Assembly: GCF_009914755.1 (NCBI RefSeq)
Contig: NC_060935.1
DNA: 64,000 nt
From: the human T2T-CHM13v2.0 reference genome, Homo sapiens
Direction: 5' to 3' (one strand)
Of this stretch, positions 17,929 through 33,353 are shown piece after piece; positions within the stretch are counted from its first letter, which is position 1, and every line of letters begins with the position of its first letter. Position numbers and translations under genes: made by a program. The notes beneath the pieces are model-generated. The model ran no database searches and was not told where the DNA came from. It worked only from the letters and a program-made list of their open reading frames with translations.

Positions 17929-18437
17929 TCATCCTGACTGCTAGACTGTCCTAACTAGGGTTTCTTACCAAAAGCAAAGGCATTTTTAAAGTTCATGACA
18001 TTTAAACAAAAAAGCAAATACCAATATCTGCCACTTTGTCAGGCTAACAAACCCAAACAAAGCCAACAGCCAGAAGTTAAAAGAAAAAGATCATTAGGTT
18101 GAAAACAGAACTGTCAAAACAGGCACAATTGACTTCACTTAGTGATTGCAAAGAACGTCAGGCAACACACAGGTGTGGTCATCATATAATTTATCACATG
18201 CTTAATTGCACATGTTTGACTAAGAAAAACACAAAGTATTTAAACTCTTCTGTAGTTCAAAGTGCCTATCCATGTATTTATCCATTCATCCTGATCTATT
18301 TATTGAGCAACTCTTTTGTGCCAGGGACTGTGCTGGGTGGTGGTAATGCAATGATGAAGATGGCAGACACAGCTCTGCCCTCCAGGAGTTTCTAGGGTAT
18401 GGAGGGAGACAAAAAATAAGTAAATCCATGAAAGAAC

Positions 18438-19521
18438 TATTGACAGAACCTGCCCCCAATATTTCAACATAGGTTCTTTCTATTTTCTGTAAGTGTCAGC
18501 CAGCTGAGAAATAAAGAGAGACACTACAAAGAGAGGAATTTTACAGCTGGGCCCCTGGGGGTGACACTACATATCAGTAAGTCCGTGATGCCTGCTGAGT
18601 CTCAGACCAGCAAGTTTTTATTAAGGGTTTCAAAAGGGGAGGGGCTGTAAGAACAGGGAGTAGGTACAAAGATCACATGCTTCAAAGGGCAAAAAGCAGA
18701 ACTACTAATAAGGGTCTAAGAAAGATCACATGCTTCTGAGGGAACAGGACAAAGGGCAAAAGCAGAACTACTGATAAAGGTCCAGCAAAGATCACAAAGC
18801 AAAGGGCAAAAGCAGAACCACTGATAAGGGTCTATGTTCAGTGGTGCATGTATTGTCTTAATAAACATCTTAAACAACAGAAAACAGGGTTTGAGAGCAG
18901 AGAACCAGTCTGACCACAAATTTACCAGGGCAGAGTTTTTCCCCACCCTAGTAAGCCTTTGGGTACTGCAGGAGACCAGGGCGTATCTCAGTCCTTATCT
19001 CAACTGCATAAGACAGACATTCCTAGAGCGGCCATTTATAGACCCCCCCCCAGGAATGCATTCCTTTCCCAGGGTATTAATATTAATATTCCTTGCTAGG
19101 AAAAGAATTTAGCAATATCTGTCCTACTTGCACATCCATTTATAGACTCCATGCAAGAAGAAACATATGGCTCTTTTTGCCCAACCCTGCAGGAAGTCAG
19201 ACCTTATGGTTGTCTTCCCTTGTTCCCTAAAAATTGCTGTTATTCTCTTCTTTTTCAAGGTGCACTGATTTCATATTGTTGAAACACACATGTTTTACAA
19301 TGAATTTGTACAGTTAACACAATTATCACAGTGGTCCTGAGGTGATGTACATCCTCGGCTTATGAATATAACAGGATTAAGAGATTAAAATAAAGACAGG
19401 CATAAGAAAGTATAAAAGTATTATTTGGGAACTGATAAATATCCACGAAATCTTCAGTTTATGTTCCTCTGCCGTGGCTTCAGCCAGTCCCTCCATTTGG
19501 GGTCCCTGAGTTCCCGCAACA
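18438..19521 (-). mobile_element. MER11 solo LTR (HERV-K11/HML-8)
   Basis: Reverse complement starts TGTTGCGGGAACTCAGGGACCCC; ~1.08 kb; three internal GGGCAAAAGCAGAAC.ACT.ATAAGG repeats at 18687-18833. Confidence 0.88.
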
Positions 19522-19529
19522 AGAAATAA

Positions 19530-20200
19530 CGAGGTTAAGGTGGAGAAGAGCAGGGAAGTCCACTTTATAAAGGGGTCAGGAAAGAGCTGTCTGGAAGCAC
19601 CATTTTAGCTGAGACCTAAAGGATGGTCTAATTTGGGGAGGTGCAGAGGAAAATCATTCCAGGCTGAAGCAGCAAGTGCAAAGGCCCTGTTGTGGAGAAA
19701 GGTTTGAAAGTCGAAGAAAACAAAAGGAGGCCAGAGTGGCTGAAATAGAGTAGGCCAAGGGGACGAGATAGGAGAGAGCTGGAGAGGTGGCAGGAACAGG
19801 CAGAAGACTCGGGGTCTCGATTTTATTCTATGTGCCATGGGCAGGAAAGGCAGGGATGAGACTCAATGGATACCTGAAGATCACTGAAGCTGCTAGGTAG
19901 GAAATGGATTGCTGAGCATGGAGAGCAGGTGCAGAGGACCAGTTAAGACCAGTTAGGAGGCTGCTGCTGTAGCCCAGCTGGGATAGCGGTGTCCTAGGCA
20001 AAGATAATGACAGTGAAGATAGAGAGAGTGGACAAGTTGGATAAAGTTTAGAATCACAGGACTTCTGACTGGAGAAGAGGGCAAAAGCAGAGTTAACACA
20101 ACACATGAGTTATGACCACCTTGAGCAGCTCAGCAGGAGGTGGTGCCATTTACAGAACAGAGATGGCATGGACAGAGCCCATGGAGAAGGAGGAGGAAAA
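19530..20200. mobile_element. L2 remnants
   Basis: Purine-rich L2-like motifs (GCAAAGGCCCTG, GACCAGTTAGGAGGCTG). Confidence 0.6.
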
Positions 20201-20212
20201 AGAGTTTTGCTT

Positions 20213-20375
20213 TTGGTTTTTTTTAAGACAGGGACTCTGGCTCTGTCACCCAGGCTGCAGTGCATTGGTGCAATCATAGCTCTTTGCAGCCTCAAACTCC
20301 TGGGCTCAAGTGATCCTCCTGCCTCAGCCTGCCATGTAACAGGACTACAGATCCTACAGATGCACTTCACCATGC

Positions 20376-20406
<31 letters not shown>

Positions 20407-20522
20407 GGAGATAGGGAGTCTCACTGTGTTTTCCAGGCTGGCTTCAAACTCCTGACCTCAAGTAATCCTCCCACCTCAGCCTCCCATAGCACTGGGATTA
20501 CAGCCATCACCTACCTCTCCAA
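20213..20522 (-). mobile_element. AluJ
   Basis: Diverged Alu with expanded central T-run. Confidence 0.88.
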
Positions 20523-21505
20523 GCCATGAGTTTGGCTTTGGATTTAACAAGGTTGAGGTGTTCATGAGTTGACAAGTGGAAAAAACAAGAAAGAAGTTGA
20601 GTGTTTAAGACTGCTGTTTGAAGGAGAAGTCTAGCCTCAAGACAAAAGTTGAGGACTCATCATCTGAGAAATGGCACTGAAAATTATGCAAATGGATGAG
20701 CTCAGCTAGCAAACAAGTCCAGAGAGAGCAGAAAGTCCACAGAGAGCAGCACTGGGCTATGCACCTGGCCTAATGCTGCCCCGCTCCTCCCAATCCCTGT
20801 GTTATGCTGGAGACGGTTTCAGCCTCTGGTGAGTTTCACCAAACCGCCACATCTCTTTCTTCTGAGACCTTCTCTAAAATCTCCTCTTTTATACTTAGTG
20901 ATATGGGATTCTCTTTTTCCCATCCAGCTTAAGCAAAAACTTTTGACTATGAGAAGAATGAGGATGCATTTACTATCTGTTCTGCATGGCTAATTCCATC
21001 AAAGATTTCTCATTATTCATGCCTGGCAGTCTCATTTTCTTCTTTCGCCTCTCAGAGCACAGTCGTAGTCTTAATTACTGACCTTTTCACTCTTCTAATA
21101 CCAGCGATTTCCCCCATCTCAGTTCTCAGGAATTTCTGTTCGCAGAATTATCTCCTGAATCCTCACCTGGAGATAGAAATTGATCTCTGTGGCCATTTCT
21201 TCCCCCTCTAATTCTCATCAAAAAACTCAGTGATCTCTGTGCATCAAATATTAAACTCAAGCTTAACAGATCATGCTTCTGGCTTCTCTCTCTCTCCGGC
21301 CTGTGTGTTAACAGGTTTGCAACCTTTGCAGAGAAGACACCAAATTCTCAGGAGACCAGAGTTTCCAAGAGTGCTGGTCACTCTTGCTCTCTTTCTCCTG
21401 CTCAAAATTCAGTACTAGAGAGTGTTACACCATTGCACCTGCAGAGGAGTTCATCTGACTCTAGGGACTAAAGAGGAGAGGGATGGACAAACTAACAGGC
21501 ATTCA

Positions 21506-22028
<523 letters not shown>

Positions 22029-22067
22029 CTAGAGAAGTCCATCCAGGCTAAAGAGAATATTCCAGAG

Positions 22068-22697
22068 CAGAGGTTGGGACACTGTGGCCCATGGGCCAAA
22101 TCTGACCTGCCTGCACATGTTTTTGTCAATAAAGTTTTATTGAAACACAGCCATGCCCATTTGCTGCATATTGTCTATGGCTGCTGGATTAGGCTGTTCT
22201 CTCATGCTATAAAGAAATACCTGAGACTGGGTAATGTATAAAGAAAAGAGCTTTAATTGGCTTACAGTTTTGTAGGCTGTACAGGGAGCATGACACTGAC
22301 ATCTGCTGAGCTTCTGTGGAGGCCTCAGGAAACTTACAATGATGGCAGAAGCTGAAGTGGGAGCAAGAGAGTAAGGAGGGAGGTGCTACACACTCGTAAA
22401 CAACCAGATCTTGCAATAACTCACTCACTATTGCAAGGACAGGACCAAAGGGATGAGGCTAAATCATTCATGAGAAATCCACCCCCATGACCCAATCTCT
22501 TCCCACCAGACCCCACCTCTAACACTGGGGATTACATTGCAACATGAGATTTGGGCGGGGACACATATTCAACCTATATCAGCTGCTTTCATGCTATGGG
22601 TGGCAGAGTTGATTAACTACTACAAGAGACTGTATGGCCCACGAATTCTAAAATATTTACTATCTGATGCTTTCAAGTAAAAGCTTGCAAACCCTGC
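22068..22697. mobile_element. MER58-type MITE split by an MST LTR
   Basis: MER58 halves at 22068-22184 and 22582-22697. Confidence 0.7.
22185..22581 (-). mobile_element. MST (MaLR) solo LTR
   Basis: CTATAAAGAAATACCTGAGACTGGGTAAT motif; 5-bp TSD GCTGC (22180-22184, 22582-22586). Confidence 0.88.
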
Positions 22698-22891
22698 TCT
22701 TGAAAAGGAAGGGAAGGAAGAGGAGAGGAGGAAGGCAGGAAGGAGCAGAGAGGGACACGGGGCTGTATTCAAACATCTGTTGTTAAGAAAGAGAAATTCA
22801 ATTTATTTGGTATGGTCCAAGTTATCAAACTAGGAGCACTCCATTGAAGTTTCAGGACAAACACTGTGCTGAATATAAGGATGACCCCATC

Positions 22892-25800
22892 TGTAATGCC
22901 TAACCTTGTTTTAATTAACTGTGTTCTTAGACTTTCCTTTTCTTTTAATCACTTAGCCTTGTTTCTACCTGAATTGACTTTCTTTTAGCTAAGAGAGCTA
23001 GACAGACTTTATCTTGGCTTTTTCACTGGCAGCCCCTTCCTCAAGGACTTAACTTGTGCAAGCTGACTCTTAGCACATCTAAGAGTGCAATTAACTGATA
23101 AGATACTGTGGCGGGCAATATCCGCAGTTCCTAGGAATTTGTCAGATTGATAATGCCCAAAGCCCCACGTCTATCACTTTGTAATAGTCTTAAAGCCCTT
23201 AGACCTAGAACTGTTTACTTTCCTGTAACAATTTATCCTTTTAACTTTTTTGCCTACTTTACTTCTGTAAAATTCTTTTAACTAGACCCCTTTTCCCTTT
23301 CTAAACTGAAGTATAAAAGAAAATCTAGCCCTTCTTCCTGGCCAAGAGAACTTTAAGAGCTAGCCATCTCTTGGCCGCCAGCTAAATAAACAGACTTAAT
23401 TCATGTCAAATTGTGGCATTTTCTCTAACTCGCTCAAGTACAACATTTGGAGGCCCGAGCGAGAAACGCCACCAGGCGAGAGCCAGGCTCGCTCCAGGCT
23501 CCCCTGGAAGGACGGCCGGCTTGTAGGGGGGGTGCCACCTGAAAAAAAATTTTCAGGTCCCCAAAAGGTGACCGTCTTCCAGAGGAGAGCGGATCGACTA
23601 CCGTGTGGGTGCGCACAAAAATTCCACCTCTGAGTCCTCAACTTCTGACCCCGAGGTTAGGTAGGTCAGATTTGATTTCAGTTCTAGTAAGAGGGAAGCG
23701 GCCCTGACGAGTGTGTCACTCTTTTGACTCTGCCCATTTCTCTAGGACGCTAGAAGGTAGAGCCCTGGTTTTCTGTTAGGCACCTCTGTGTCTCTTTCTA
23801 GGAGGGAAGTGGCCCTGACAGGGGTCCTCCTTTGACTCAGTCCACATCCCAGAATGCTGGAGGACTGAGTCCAGGTTTCTGGCAGACCAGTCACTCTCTC
23901 TTTCTCTCTTTTTCTATCTCTCATCTTTCTCTTGTTCAAGTTTCTTGAAGAATCTCCAAGAAAGAAAAAAAAACTGTTATAAACTCTTTGTGAATAATGA
24001 ATGAATGAGTGAGGACAAGGGCTTGCGCTTGTCCTCCACTTTGTAGCTCCACGGCGAAAGCTACGGAGTTCAAGTAGGCCCTCACCTGCGGTTCCGTGGC
24101 GACCTCATAAGGCTTAAGGCAGCATCAGGCATAGCTCGATCTGAGCCGGAAGTTTATACCGGCCTGCCAATGCTAAGAGGAGCCCAAGTCCGCTCAGGGG
24201 GAGCGGCCAGGCAGGCATCTGACTGATCCCATCACAGAAACCCCTCCCCTTGTCTGTCTAAAAAAAAAAAAAAAAGGAAGAAACTGTCATAACTGTTTAC
24301 ATGCCCTAAAGTCAACTGTTTGTTTGTTTTATGTTGATTGTTCTGTTCAGTTTCTATTGTCTTGTTAGTAGTTGTGAAAGTTTTGCATGTCAAGACGCTG
24401 ATATTGCCGAAGACGTCTAAGTAAAAAGTTCTTCAAAGTCCTTAGTGCTGATTTTTTGTCATAGGAGGTTAAATTTCTCATCAATCATTTAGGCTGGCCA
24501 CCACAGTCCTGTCTTTTCTGCCAGAACCAAGTCAAGTGTTGTTACAAGAACAAGTGTGAAAAACATTTGCCTGATTAAGATTTCTAGCACCATGAAAGTT
24601 GTAAGTATTTAGATCGTCATACTCCACGTCCAAGTGATTAGACGTCCCCTAAACTAAACTAGTAGTGAGTTCAAAACAGCCACCCTGCAGATTTCCTTAC
24701 TCACCTCTTTTGTCATTCTGTAACTTTTCCTGTGCCCTTAAGTAGAACACTGTGTAAAGAAATGTAGGCCCGTACTGCTTTACTTCGTTTAGATTCTTAC
24801 TCTGTTCCTCTGTGGCTACTCTCCCACCTTAAAAGTGATCCGAGTAGTCCTTTTCCACCTTGTCCCTGCCCCCTACCCCGCACATCTCGTTTTCCGGTGC
24901 GACAGCAAGTTCACCGTCTCCAGGACTTGGCTCTGCTCTCACACCTTAAACCCTTAAAAGAAAAAGCTAAGTTTAAGCTATTTGCCTTTAAGTCATAAAG
25001 ACACCAAAAGTATTTAAAGTGCAGATCTAGAAGAAGAAGAAGAACGCCTAGATCAAACTGACCCAGAAGATCTCAGGCTGGCTCTAGTCCTCCTCCCTCA
25101 ATCTTAAAGCTACAGTAATGTAGCAAGTAGTATTAGGTGTTGTAGTTTTTCTGCTCTTTCTAGTCATGTTGATTCTGTTCTTTCACTACTCCAGTCCCCC
25201 AAGAAATAAGTTTCTCTGTCCATGCTAAGTTTAATATCTATGCTCAAATCTTATTAAATTGCCTTCCCAAAAAAAAATAAGAAACACTTCCTCCCAGCCT
25301 TATAAAAGTTAAAGCCCTCTCCAATGTATGCTGCAGAATTTTCCTCTCAGTTCCTCAGAGGATTATAAAGTCTGCCTTAAAAAAGGCAAGCTCCAGACAC
25401 TGTGCAAAATGAAATGGCCAAAGTTTAAAGTCAAGTGGCCCCCTGAAGGGTCATTGAACCTCACAATTGTTCAAGCTGTGTGGCAGGTTGTTACTGAAAC
25501 TCCTAGCCACCCTGATCAGTTTCCCTACATTGATCAATAGCTAAGTTTAGTCAGGATCCCCCCTCCATGGCTCCATTCATGCGCCATTCATAATTCTACC
25601 TCCAAGGTCCTCCTAAGCCAGACCGCATTTTCACCTCGACCCTCAGCCGGTTCAGCTTCCCCGGTACTGCCTCCCTCTGAAGAAGAGGAGAGTCTCCCTC
25701 ACCCAGTCCCACCACCTTACAACCAACCTTCTCCCTTAAAGTTATCCCATGTCTCCTCGACGACGTCCCCTGTAGGCTCGCCACTCATTGCCTCTCAATC

Positions 25801-28800
25801 ATGACTGTGGCAGGAAGAAGTAGCCCCTCTGCTACCACTGAGAGAGGCACAAGTCCCTCCAGGTGACGAGAGCTCAGCACCCTTCTTAGTTTGTGTCCCT
25901 TTTTCTACTTCTGACTTATATAATTAGAAAACTTATAATCCTCCCTTCTCTGAAAAGCCCCAGGCTTTGACCTCTCTGACAGAGTCTGTACTCCGGACTC
26001 ACTCACCCACCTAAGATGATTGCCAACAGCTCCTTTTAACCCTTTTCACCTCTGAAAAGAAAGAACGTATCCGAAAAGAAGCCAAAAAGTACTTCCTCAC
26101 ATCAGCCAATGGACCGGAAGGAGAAGCTAGAGACCTTCTTGAGGAGGTCTTTCCCTCTACCAGGCCTAACTGGGACCCAAATTCCTCAAGTAGAAAGAGA
26201 GCTTTAGACGATTTTCACCGGTATCTCCTCACAAGTATTAAAAGAGCCGCTCAGAAACCCATAAACTTGTCTAAGACCACCGAAGTTGTCCAAAGGCCTG
26301 ATAAGTCACAAAGAACGTTTTTAGAGCGCCTCCAGGAGGCTTATCGGATTTACACCCCTTTTGACCCGGCAGCTCCCGAAAATAGCCGTGCTCTTAATTT
26401 AGCATTTGTGGCTCAGGCAGCCCCGGATATTAAAAAGAAACTCCAAAAACTAGAAAGATTTGCTAGAATAAATATCAGTCAGCTTTTAGAAATAGCCCAA
26501 AAAGTTTTTGACAATCAAAAGTTTAATAAACAAAAACAAGCAACACAGGCAGCTGAAAAGGCCGCTGATAAAGCATTCAAAAGACAAACAAAAATCTTAG
26601 TGGCAGCTATCCAAGAAGTACAGAATGAAATAACCCATTAATTTAGCATTAACTGAAGCCCCTGCTTTAGCCTTCCCTAATATCTCCATAAAAGCCAAGG
26701 AGTTGCTAAAGACGTGCTTACTCAGACTCTAAGACCCTAAAGACGCCCAGTGGCCTATTTATCTAAGAGGCTAGATCCTGTGGCCTGTAGATGGCCAAGT
26801 TGTCTGCGAGCCGTAGCGGCTACAGCAAGCCTGGCCCAAGAAGATGATAAGTTAACTCTAAGCCAAAATCTAACCCTTACAGCTCCTCATGCCGTAAAGA
26901 CCTTAGTACAAAATGCTTCTGACAAATAGATGTCAAATGCTCGCATCTTGCAGTATCAAAGTTTACTGTTAGATCAGCCTCGTTTGACTTTCTCTCCCAC
27001 AAAGTGTTTCAATCCAGCTACACTACTTTCTTACTCAGACTGCACTATTCCTGCTCATGACTGTCAAGAACTGTTAGAAAATATCGAAACTGGCCGATCT
27101 GATCTTCAAGCTATGCCCCTAGAAAAGGCAGATGCCGCCGTGTTCACAGACAGTAGCAGCTTCCTCAAGCAGGCAGTATGAAAAGCCAGTGCAGCTGTTA
27201 CCACGGAGACAGATGTGTTGTAAGCTCAAGCTTTACCAGCGAACACCTCAGCACCAAAGGCTGAATTGATCGCCCTCACTCAGGCTCTCCGATAAAGTAG
27301 AATAAACGTATTAACATTTACACTGACAGCAAGTACGCCTTTGCTACTGTGCATGTACATAAAGCCATCTACCAGGAAGGCAGGCTACTCGCCTCAGCAG
27401 GTAGCTGTGATCCACTGCAAAGGACATCAAAAAGAAAACACGGCCGTTGCCCATAGTAACCAGAAAGCTGATTCAGCAGCTCAGGTCGCAGCCAGACTTT
27501 CAGTCACGCCTCTAAACTTGCTGCCCACAGTCTCCTTTCCACAGCCAGATCTGCCTGACAATCCCGTATACCCAACAACAACAAAAAAACTGGCTTCAGA
27601 TCTCAGAGCCAATAAAAATCAGGAAAGTTAGTAGATTCTTCCTGACTCTGGAATCTTCATACCCTGAACTCTTCAAGAAACTTTAATCAGTTACCTACAG
27701 TCTACCACCCATTTAATAAGAGCAAAGCTACCTCAGCTCCTCCGGAGCCATTTTAAGATCCCCCATCTTCAAAGCCTAAGAGATTAAGCAGCTCTCCAGT
27801 GCACAACCTGCGCCCACGTAAATGCCAAAGTCCTAAACCCAGCCCAGGCCACTGTCTCTGAAAAAACTCGCCAAGAAAAAAGTAAGAAATTGACTTTAGA
27901 GAAGTCAAACCACACCAGGCTAAGTACAAATACCTTCTAGTACTAGTAGGCACCTTCTCCAGATAGACTAAGGCATTTGCTACCGAAAACGAAACCACCA
28001 ACACAGTAGTTAAGTTTTTACTCAATGAAATCATCCCTCAATATAGGCTGTCTGCTGCCATAAAGTCTGATAATAGACCAGCCTTCCCCTCGCCTATAGC
28101 TCAGTCAGTCAGTCGGTAAGGTGTTAAACATTCAACAGAAGCTCCATTGTGCCTATCAACCCCAGAGCTCCAGGTAGGTAGAACGCATGAACCGCACCCT
28201 AAAAAACACTCCTACAAAATTAATCTTAAAAAAAACAGTGTAAATTAAGTAAGTCTCCTTCCTTTAGCCCTACTTAAAGTAAGGTGCACCCCTTATCAGG
28301 CTAATTTCTCACCTTTTGAAATCATGTATAAGAAGGCGCCACCTATCTTGCCTAAGCTAAGAGATGCCAAATTAGCAGAAATATCACAAACTAATTTGTT
28401 ACAATACTATCGTCTCTCCAACTGGTACAAGAGATCATCCTGCCACTTGTTCGAGGAGCCCATCCCAATCCAATTCCTGACCAAAGTCCTGCCATTCGTT
28501 CCAGCCAGGAGACCTAGCGTTTGTTAAAAAGTTCCAAAAAGAAAGACTCACTCCTGCTTAGAAAAGACCTCACACTGTCATCCTCACGACTCCAACTGCT
28601 CTGAAAGTAGACGGCATTCCTGCTTAGATTCATCCCTCCCGCATCAAAAAGGCCAACACAGCCCAGCTAAAAACATAAGTCCTCAGGCCTAAGTCAGGCC
28701 CCTTAAAACTGCACCTAAGTCAGGTGAAGCCATTAGATTCATTCTTTTTACTACCTAACTTATTTGTTTTTGCCCGTTACATCCTCTGTGCCTTCCTACT

Positions 28801-30332
28801 CCTTTCTCCTCACCTCTTTCACAACAGGACGTGTATTTGCAAACACCACTTAGAAGGCCAGTACCTCCAAGGAAGTCTCCTTTGCAGTTGATTTATTTGT
28901 ACTATTCCCAAAGCCAGCCCATACCCACGAAAAGCAACACAATCTGCCAGTCCCAGGAGCAGGAAGTGTCGACCTTGCAGCAAGATTCAGACACTCCAAG
29001 AGCCAAACTAAGTGTAGAAGCTCCAAAAGTGCAGAAAAAAGACTCCAAAATATTGGCTTTTACCTCTGTCTTAGAAATCACCCTGATGCTAGCTGTCAAG
29101 ATACTTATCAGTTTTTCTGCCCTGATTAGACACGTGTAACTTTAGCCACCTACTCTAAAAGATCAACCAGATCTTCAACTCTTTCCACAAGTCGTGCTTC
29201 TCATCCTAAATTATGTACTAGAAAAAATTGTAATCCTCTTACTATAGCTCTCCATGACCTTAATTCAACTCAATAGTATCATGGCATGTCACGAAGATTA
29301 AGATTTTATACCCCAGGATTTAATGTTAGGACTATGTTCACCATCCAAAAAAACCCTAGTCTCATAAAGCCCACCCAAGTCAATCAGGCCTTTAACTGAT
29401 CTAAGTAACCCTATGTTCCAGAAACACCCTGACAAAGTTGATTTAACGGTTCCTCCACCATTCTTAGTCATAAAAGATATACTCCAGAAGGTACAAGAAA
29501 ATCTAGATAAGCACCAACAAGAACAAGAAAATAACATCCCCTAGTATCAAAGCATGTTCAACTAGAACCCAGAGCTAACTATTCTAATTACTAAGTTAGC
29601 CAGAACCCCTCCCCATCCTAGTATTAAGTCTAATTTTTGGACCTTGTATACTAAATTAGTTTATTAATTTTGTAAAACAACACATAGCTTCTGTCAAACT
29701 TATGTATCTTAAGACTCAATATAACCCCCTTGTTATAACTGAAGAATCAACGATTTGATTCCCCAAAAACACAAGTGAGGAATGTAATGCCCAACCTTGT
29801 TTTTACAAACCCTGTTCTTAGACTCTCCCTTTCTTTTAATCACCTAGCCTTGTTTCTACCTGAATTGACTCTCCCTTAGCTAAGAGAGCCAGACAGACTC
29901 CATCTTGGCTCTTTCACTGGCAGCCCCTTCCTCAAGGACTTAACTTGTGCAAGCTGACTCCCAGCACATCGAAGAATGCAATTAACTGATAAGAAACTGT
30001 GGTGAGCAATATCCGCAGTTCCCAGGAATTCATCCAATTGATAACGCCCAAAGCCCCGCGTCTATCACCTTGTAATAATCTTAAAGCCCCTAGACCTAGA
30101 ACTGTTTACTTTCCTTAACAGTTTATCCTTTTAACTTTTTTGCCTACTTCTGTAAAATTGTTTTAACTAGACCCCCTCCCCTTTCTAAACCAAAGTATAA
30201 AAGAAAATCTAGCCCCTTCTTCGAGGCCGAGAGAACTTTAAACGTTAGCCGTTTCTTAGCCACCGGCTAAATAAACAGACTCTTAATTCGTCTCAAAGTG
30301 TGGCATTTTCTCTAACTTGCTCAAGTACAACA
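22892..30332 (+). mobile_element. HERV-T / HERVS71 provirus (LTR6): 5'LTR 22892-23445, 3'LTR 29783-30332; defective gag, partial pol (RNase H, IN), partial env
   Basis: TG...CA direct LTRs, 4-bp TSD CATC, PBS-Thr, gammaretroviral MA (WPPEGSL), PPPY late domain, MHR (FLERLQEAYRIY), RNase H ([11 protein letters not shown]), IN and TM remnants. Confidence 0.92.
23448..23465 (+). other. Primer-binding site, tRNA-Thr
   Basis: TGGAGGCCCGAGCGAGA immediately after the 5' LTR; near-complement of the tRNA-Thr 3' end (recalled). Confidence 0.8.
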
Positions 30333-30589
30333 CATCCAGCAGGCACGTCATCCACTCTAAAATGCCATCCTGGGGTAGTGAAGATGATGTTGCTGGAAAT
30401 ATCCTGAAATGGCATGTGGATGAGTTCCCCCAGAGACATACATGTTGAGCTAAATACTTTGCTGATGAAGGGTACAAGTTGAAGGGGTTTTGAAGGGCAG
30501 AGCGAGGTTCCTCAGAAGGCTGTTGCTACAGAAAGCCAGGAGAAGAAATTACATGGCCAGATAGAGTGGCATGACCATTGGATAAGGAC

Positions 30590-30887
<298 letters not shown>

Positions 30888-31854
30888 GGATGAGGGTCTT
30901 TAGCAAAGATGGAAGTTTTGGTACCTTGCAGTTTAGTCTCTTCATTTATGTCCTCCTGAAATCTTCAGGAATAGCACTATTTTGTCAATACTTCTGGGGT
31001 CGTACTTAGGGGGACTTAAAGGAGATGTGATGTGGCAGCCTTTGACTCAAGGGAGTATCATACTAGCTCAAAGAGATCTGGGTACATGCCAGTTGAACCA
31101 ACTCTTCTGAGGATGTGATAGATCCTGGGAGGCCACTCTGATCCTGCCAACCTTGAGGCCAGATGAGTCTTTGAAAAACATGGTTTGGCTTAACACCAGC
31201 ACTTAGTCTAATACCCACCATGAATCTTGCTGAAGTGAAGCTATACAAATACCTTTTCAAAAGATTTTTTTTCATTCCAGATCCTTCTTAGAAATTCCTA
31301 AGGCTCAATGCTGTGTGGAAGATTCTGAGAAAGAAAATAGTTTCCGATCTTTGGGATTCCCGAGATGGTCCAATCTGCAAAAAGTTCATTGCCATTTCCA
31401 TCAAGGACACTGAGAACAAGAGTCTTATCCGGATTGGATCCTGGGAATTGAGAAGCTTCAGCAGGTGGGAAATGCACCCTCCACAGGCTCACACCCTTGT
31501 GGGCTGTTTCAGTTACCTATTGCACCTAAAATTAGAAACTTTAAACCACCACAAGCCATTATTGCTCGTTACCCTGTGAGTTGCATGGGGACTTCCTGGC
31601 TGGTTTAACCTGGGCTCATTTGTGTGGCTACCTGCAGCTGGAGGGCCAGCTGGGCGGAACATTCAGGACAGCCTCACGCATGTGCCTGGCAGTTGGTGCT
31701 GGTTGTCAGCCGGGGAACCTTGTTTTCCTCCATGTGGCCCCTCGCCCTCCAGAGCCCCTCTCCAAATGTTCCTTTAAGCAGGATAGCCAAGGTTTGCTTG
31801 GTGCCAGCATCCAAGAGGGCAAAAATGTGGAAACTACGAGAGGGCTCTCAAGGC

Positions 31855-32633
<779 letters not shown>

Positions 32634-33025
32634 GGCTAGAAGTTGGTCAGCATCACTTTGGCAGCATTTCACTGGCCAAAGCAAGTCATAGGTAGCCCAG
32701 ATTCATGTAGAGGAGTATAAAGTCTACCTCTTAAAGGAAAGATTGGTTCAATTACACTGCACGAGCATTTGCAGAAAGTTGTACCCATCTTTGGAAACTA
32801 CCACACACACACACACCTTTACATGCAACCCTCCCTTGAGGTGCATCTACTTCCAGGCAGAACCAAAACTTGACAGTACTCGACAGAAGAAAAATAGTGT
32901 CCTAAATGCCAGTTCTCTTCTTACTCAACTTCAGCCTCATTATAAGCAGATTCTAACAGTTTATGTGTCTTGAGAAACATTCTAATTAATCTTTGGAATT
33001 TAAGAATTTGAATTCATAGCAGTAG

Positions 33026-33353
<328 letters not shown>

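Noticed and set aside
18687-18833. Three ~28-bp direct repeats with variable spacers
   Set aside because: Internal tandem duplications of the MER11 LTR.
31298-31579. Overlapping short ORFs in non-repeat DNA
   Set aside because: No motif, splice or homology support; lengths expected by chance.
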